10,416 nucleotides of DNA from Candidatus Hydrogenedentota bacterium (GTDB lineage: Bacteria > Hydrogenedentota > Hydrogenedentia > Hydrogenedentales > SLHB01): assembly GCA_029974275.1 (NCBI GenBank), contig JARKSN010000253.1, positions 1-10,416 on the forward strand, read 5' to 3'. Both the position numbers and the translations under genes were made by a program. Under the pieces are notes generated by a model. That model was not told where the DNA came from, did not search any database, and saw only the letters and a program-made list of their open reading frames with translations. This document shows positions 7,348 to 10,416 of this stretch, in pieces. How positions within the stretch are numbered: the first letter of the stretch is position 1; the number at the start of each line of letters is the position of its first letter.

Positions 7348-10300
7348 TCGCGTCACAGGGCAAACTCCGCTCCCCACGCCTCCTCAATCCTGGATAGATC
7401 GCATCCTGTATTTTTGTCTCTCCAACAAATTGATCGTGGCATTGCTCGTTGCGTTGTTTGTGGGATGGGGCGTGGCCGTCGCGCCGTTCGATTGGAACGT
7501 TTCGTGGATGCCTCGTTTTCCTGTGGCGGTAGACGCCATACCGGACATTGGCGAGAACCAGCAAATCGTGTTCACGCCGTGGGAAGGAAGGTCGCCGCAG
7601 GACATCGAAGATCAGATCACGTATCCCTTGTCTGCGGCGCTCTTGGGCATTCCCGGGGTTAAAACGATCCGCGGCCATTCCTACTTCGGATTTTCGACGC
7701 TCTATGTCATATTCGAAGAAAACATCGAATTTTATTGGTCGCGCAGCCGCGTGCTCGAAAAGCTGAGCAGTCTGCCGGACGGCAGTCTTCCCGAAGGGGT
7801 TCGCCCCACGCTCGGTCCTGATGCGACGGGGCTCGGGCAAGTGTACATGTACACCTTGGAAGGCCGCGATCCCGAGGGCCGTCCCGTTGGCGGATGGGAT
7901 TCACGCGAACTGCGCACCGTCCAGGACTACCACGTGCGCTACGCGTTGCTGGGCGCGGGCGGCGTCAGCGAAGTCTCGTCCGTCGGCGGATATGTGCAGG
8001 AATACCAGATCGACGTCGATCCCGCCGCGATGCGCATGCACGGCGTCTCGATTGAGGAAGCGATCGAGGCGGTCCGCAAGTCCAATCTCGACGTTGGCGC
8101 GAGCACGATCGAGGTGAACCGCGTTGAGTACCTCATTCGCGGCCGCGGCTTTTTGAAGAGCTTGTCGGATATCGAAAACACGGTGGTGAAGTCTGTCGGC
8201 AATACGCCCCTATACATCAAGAACATTGCGCACGTATCGTTAGGACCTGAAATGCGCCGCGGCGTTCTCGATAAAGGCGGCGCCGAAGCGGCGGGCGGCA
8301 TCGTCGTGGTGCGATACGGGGCCAACCCGCTTGAAGTCATCAAGCGCGTCAAACAACGGATAGACGAGATCGCCTCCAGCCTGCCTGTGAAGGCCGTGTT
8401 GCGCGATCCGTCCCCTTCGTTGGACGAGGTCGATCGTTTCGCGGCGGCGCATGCGATTGGGCCGAGCCGGCTGGGCGAGCTTGATCAGGCCGCTTGGCTT
8501 GCCTGGCTTGCGAAGACGCCTCGGGATCAGTGGCCGACGTGGATTACGACGAGTCAGGTGACGATCGTGCCGTTCTACGATCGCACCGGACTAATCTACG
8601 AGACCTTGGGCACCCTGAACGCTGCGATATTCGAGCAGATTCTGGTGACGATCATCGTCGTGATCGTGATGGTGATGCATTTGCGCAGTTCGATTTTGAT
8701 CAGCCTCGTGCTGCCGCTGGCGGTGCTCATTTGTTTTATCGCCATGAAGCTTGCGCATGTCGACGCGAACATCGTTGCGTTGTCGGGCATTGCCATCGCC
8801 ATCGGCACTCTTGTCGACATGGGCATCATCATTTGCGAGAACATCCTCAAGCACCTCAAGGAAGCGCCTCCGGAAGAAGATCGCCTTCACGTCATCTACC
8901 GCGCGTCGAGCGAAGTGGGCAGCGCCATCGTCACTGCCGTCGGCACGACGCTGATAGGGTTCCTGCCTGTTTTCACGATGACCGGACCGGAGGGAAAGCT
9001 CTTTCGCCCGCTCGCTTTCACCAAGACCTTCGCGTTGGCGGCCTCCGTCATCGTGGCGCTGACGATCCTGCCCGCCCTCGCGCATGCGCTGTTCACGCCG
9101 TCTGCGACGATCGCCGCAAGAAGGCGCACGCTGTTGCTCGCCTGCATTGCCGGCGCGGGCATTGCGCTCGCCATAGTCTACAAATTTTGGCTCGGCGCGC
9201 TGCTGGTCTGCATTGCCGGACACAACCTCATCGCTCCTCTCTTGCCCGCTCGGCTCCGCAACGCCGCCGTGGTCGCGGTCAACCTGACGGTCGCCCTTCT
9301 CGTTGGCATCGTCCTAACGATGGAATGGCTTCCGTTGGGCCCCCACAGGGGGATGTTCCGCAACCTTCTTTTCGTGGTTGTCTCGTTGGGCGGGGTGTTG
9401 GGTTTTTTCTACGCGTTTCAGTTCATGTATGCGCCGGCGTTGCGGTGGTGTCTTCGGCACAAGGCGGCGTATCTTTCCATTCCGGCGGGGATCCTGGTAT
9501 TTGGTTACAGCGCGTGGCTCGGATTCGATGCAGTGTTTGGCTTCATTCCAGAAGGGGCCCGCTTCCTGGGAATCGCGCCGGAGACCATCCGCGCTTCGTC
9601 CGCATGGTCGCGTCTTGCGCATAAGCTTCCGGGCTTCGGCAAGGAATTCATGCCTGCGTTGGACGAGGGATCGTTTCTGTACATGCCCACCACCATGCCG
9701 CATGCTTCCCTAAGCGAGGCGCTCGAAGTCATCGCGCATCAGGACCGCGCCATCTCGGCGATTCCCGAGATCGAGTCGGTCGTCGGCAAGCTGGGCCGCG
9801 CCGATTCGGCCCTCGATCCGGCCCCGATCAGCATGATTGAGACGGTCATCAACTACAAATCGGAGTACAAAACCGACGCTGCAGGACGTCGTCTCACCTT
9901 TCGTTTTGATGCGGTTCGCGGCGATTTCGCGCGAGACGCCAACGGAGACCCGATCCCCGATCCCCTTGGCAGGCCGTACCGTCAGTGGCGCGACTCGATT
10001 CGTTCGCCCGACGACATATGGGAAGAAATCGTGGCGGCGGCGCAGTTGCCTAGCGTGACTTCCGCGCCGAAGCTTCAGCCAATCGCCGCGCGCATCGTGA
10101 TGCTGCAGAGCGGCATGCGCGCTCCCATGGGAGTGAAGATTAAAGGGACCGACCTGCAGGCCATCGAAAACGTCGGGCTCGACATGGAGCGCTTTCTCAG
10201 GGAAGTGCCGGGCGTCGAACCCGACACGGTTATCGCGGACCGGATCGTCGGCAATCCCTATCTCGAGATCGACATCGATCGCCCGGCCATTGCGCGGTAT

Positions 10301-10416
10301 GGCCTTGCCGTCCGCGACGTGCAGGACGTGATCGAAATGGCGATCGGCGGCATGCCGATCACCGCCACCGTCGAAGGGCGTCAACGCTTTCCTGTTCGCA
10401 TCCGGTACCTACGGGA
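7340..10416 (+). CDS. cusA: CusA/CzcA-family heavy-metal RND efflux pump, Cu(I)/Ag(I) type; truncated by the window edge
   Basis: Absent from the ORF track. GTG at 7340 has GGGGAGG upstream and overlaps the cusB end by 8 nt. Motifs in one frame: VDAIPDIGENQQIVFT, GRSPQDIEDQITYPL, LGPDATGLGQVY, SGIAIAIGTLVDMGII, GPEGKLFRPLAFTKTF, EFMPALDEGSFLYMP, EGRQRFPVRIRY. Met residues at 9683, 9833 and 10100 correspond to the E. coli CusA M573/M623/M672 triad. Confidence 0.95.
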   Translation, partial: MSDRVTGQTPLPTPPQSWIDRILYFCLSNKLIVALLVALFVGWGVAVAPFDWNVSWMPRFPVAVDAIPDIGENQQIVFTPWEGRSPQDIEDQITYPLSAALLGIPGVKTIRGHSYFGFSTLYVIFEENIEFYWSRSRVLEKLSSLPDGSLPEGVRPTLGPDATGLGQVYMYTLEGRDPEGRPVGGWDSRELRTVQDYHVRYALLGAGGVSEVSSVGGYVQEYQIDVDPAAMRMHGVSIEEAIEAVRKSNLDVGASTIEVNRVEYLIRGRGFLKSLSDIENTVVKSVGNTPLYIKNIAHVSLGPEMRRGVLDKGGAEAAGGIVVVRYGANPLEVIKRVKQRIDEIASSLPVKAVLRDPSPSLDEVDRFAAAHAIGPSRLGELDQAAWLAWLAKTPRDQWPTWITTSQVTIVPFYDRTGLIYETLGTLNAAIFEQILVTIIVVIVMVMHLRSSILISLVLPLAVLICFIAMKLAHVDANIVALSGIAIAIGTLVDMGIIICENILKHLKEAPPEEDRLHVIYRASSEVGSAIVTAVGTTLIGFLPVFTMTGPEGKLFRPLAFTKTFALAASVIVALTILPALAHALFTPSATIAARRRTLLLACIAGAGIALAIVYKFWLGALLVCIAGHNLIAPLLPARLRNAAVVAVNLTVALLVGIVLTMEWLPLGPHRGMFRNLLFVVVSLGGVLGFFYAFQFMYAPALRWCLRHKAAYLSIPAGILVFGYSAWLGFDAVFGFIPEGARFLGIAPETIRASSAWSRLAHKLPGFGKEFMPALDEGSFLYMPTTMPHASLSEALEVIAHQDRAISAIPEIESVVGKLGRADSALDPAPISMIETVINYKSEYKTDAAGRRLTFRFDAVRGDFARDANGDPIPDPLGRPYRQWRDSIRSPDDIWEEIVAAAQLPSVTSAPKLQPIAARIVMLQSGMRAPMGVKIKGTDLQAIENVGLDMERFLREVPGVEPDTVIADRIVGNPYLEIDIDRPAIARYGLAVRDVQDVIEMAIGGMPITATVEGRQRFPVRIRYLR

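Noticed and set aside
5212..7377. 721-aa minus-strand ORF
   Set aside because: Antisense shadow of cusB with no recognisable motifs; stop codons are scarce in GC-rich coding DNA.
7277..10384. Many short ORFs in the track over the right third, suggesting fragments or a pseudogene
   Set aside because: CusA motifs stay in one frame from 7340 to the window end; the real ORF was omitted because it has no stop inside the window.

Overview
GC-rich bacterial chromosomal window, mostly recognisable genes. The minus strand carries a TetR-family regulator with a palindromic operator at its own start, then dnaG, rpoD (primary sigma-70) and tRNA-Ile2 (CAU), apparently transcribed from a near-consensus promoter at 4051-4079; rpsU is not upstream of dnaG here. 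Divergently, on the plus strand, is a Cu/Ag-type heavy-metal RND efflux operon: a multidomain CusB-like adaptor and an enlarged CusA-like pump that runs off the right edge and is missing from the ORF track. I see no clearly new multi-gene system. The best leads are non-coding: tandem and inverted repeats just past the tRNA 3' end that resemble the edge of an integrated element, a Cys-rich upstream ORF and structured leader coupled to the cusB start, and a GTAG-bounded REP-like palindrome. The CusA insertions and extra membrane segments are also worth checking. All calls come from reading the sequence by eye; no searches or folding were run.
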